Source: Myxococcota bacterium
GTDB taxonomy: Bacteria > Myxococcota_A > Polyangia > Nannocystales > Nannocystaceae
Length of the DNA stretch: 64,000 nucleotides
Assembly: GCA_039194325.1 (NCBI GenBank)
Contig: JBCCWC010000005.1
Location: 64,001-128,000, forward strand
Direction: 5' to 3'
The position numbers were made by a program, and so were the translations under genes. Positions 63,525 through 64,000 of this stretch are shown piece after piece (within the stretch, counting starts at the first letter, position 1; each line of letters starts with the position of its first letter). The notes beneath the pieces were generated by a model. The model saw only the letters and a program-made list of their open reading frames with translations, was not told the origin of the DNA and made no database searches.

Positions 63525-63825
63525 GTAAGCCCGTCGTCATTACTCATAAGGCGGAGCAGCAGATCCTCGAGCTCGATGCATGGTGGCGGGTTCATAGAGA
63601 GAAAGCACCCGATAAGTTCGAGGACGAGCTGGAGTTTGCGTTGTAGATGATCGCGACCGTGCCTGGCGCGGGAAAGAGATGTCCGCACGCCGAGGCCGAT
63701 GTGCGCCGCATACTCCTGCGTTCTACGAGGAACCACGTCTATTATGTGAACAGGAGGAGCGGGTTCTCGTGGTTGCCGTTTGGGGGGCGGTCAAAGATTC
63801 TGGACCCGATCTGAATATCATCTAG
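63521..63825 (+). pseudogene. ParE/RelE-family toxin pseudogene
   Basis: Manual translation MSKPVVITHKAEQQILELDAWW...FAL*MIATVPGAG..VRRILL..NHVYYV then a -1 shift to EQEERVLVVAVWGA; in-frame TAG at 63644-63646 and frameshift near 63748. Confidence 0.78.
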
Positions 63826-63868
63826 TCGTGATGTCGCGGAGCGAGCATCCGGTGCTAGGCTACGCGGC

Positions 63869-64000
63869 ATGAGGCGCCTTGCGTCGGCCACGCTGCTGTT
63901 TGCGACCGTGCTGTTGTCCGCTTGCCAGCCCCAGCCCTTGCCGCCCGACAAAGCGGAGTATGCGGGTCACTGGCGTGGTGGTGGGGTCGACCTGGTGATC
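63869..64000 (+). CDS. Lipoprotein, N-terminal part (runs off window end)
   Basis: MRRLASATLLFATVLLSAC lipobox then QPQPLPPDKAEYAGHWRG. Confidence 0.65.
   Translation, partial: MRRLASATLLFATVLLSACQPQPLPPDKAEYAGHWRGGGVDLVI

Noticed and set aside
63644..63646. TAG read-through or recoding in the ParE-like gene
   Set aside because: A second lesion (frameshift) follows, TAG is used as a normal stop throughout the window, and no pyl genes are present.

Overview
GC-rich (roughly 65-70%) chromosomal segment, most likely from a myxobacterium. The evidence is MYXO-CTERM-like C-termini, Cys-rich lipoproteins and Ser/Thr kinase-TPR proteins; this taxonomy is an inference. About 56 coding regions and one tRNA are supported. 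Housekeeping blocks: grxD, tolQ-R-A-B, pntAB, moaC, an M16 peptidase pair, tRNA-Gln-prs-rplY-pth and hppA. The most striking locus is a divergent signalling cluster at 8.7-15.6 kb. An H-NOX-PAS-histidine kinase faces a receiver protein, a divergent NapA/NasA-family molybdoenzyme and a second, sensor-less paralogous kinase. That second kinase sits in the -1 frame overlapping the molybdoenzyme 3' end and may be, or may derive from, a molybdoenzyme-kinase fusion. This is a candidate nitrate/NO-linked signalling system. Other notable items: a three-lipoprotein operon built from 1, 2 and 3 copies of one Cys-paired module, a structured RNA candidate before rplY, a Septu-like ATPase+HNH pair with an atypical Walker A, an internally deleted ohr, and a decayed ParE-like toxin. 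No CRISPR array, rRNA, integrase or transposase was recognised. All calls are from reading the sequence by eye; no searches were run, and several start codons are approximate.
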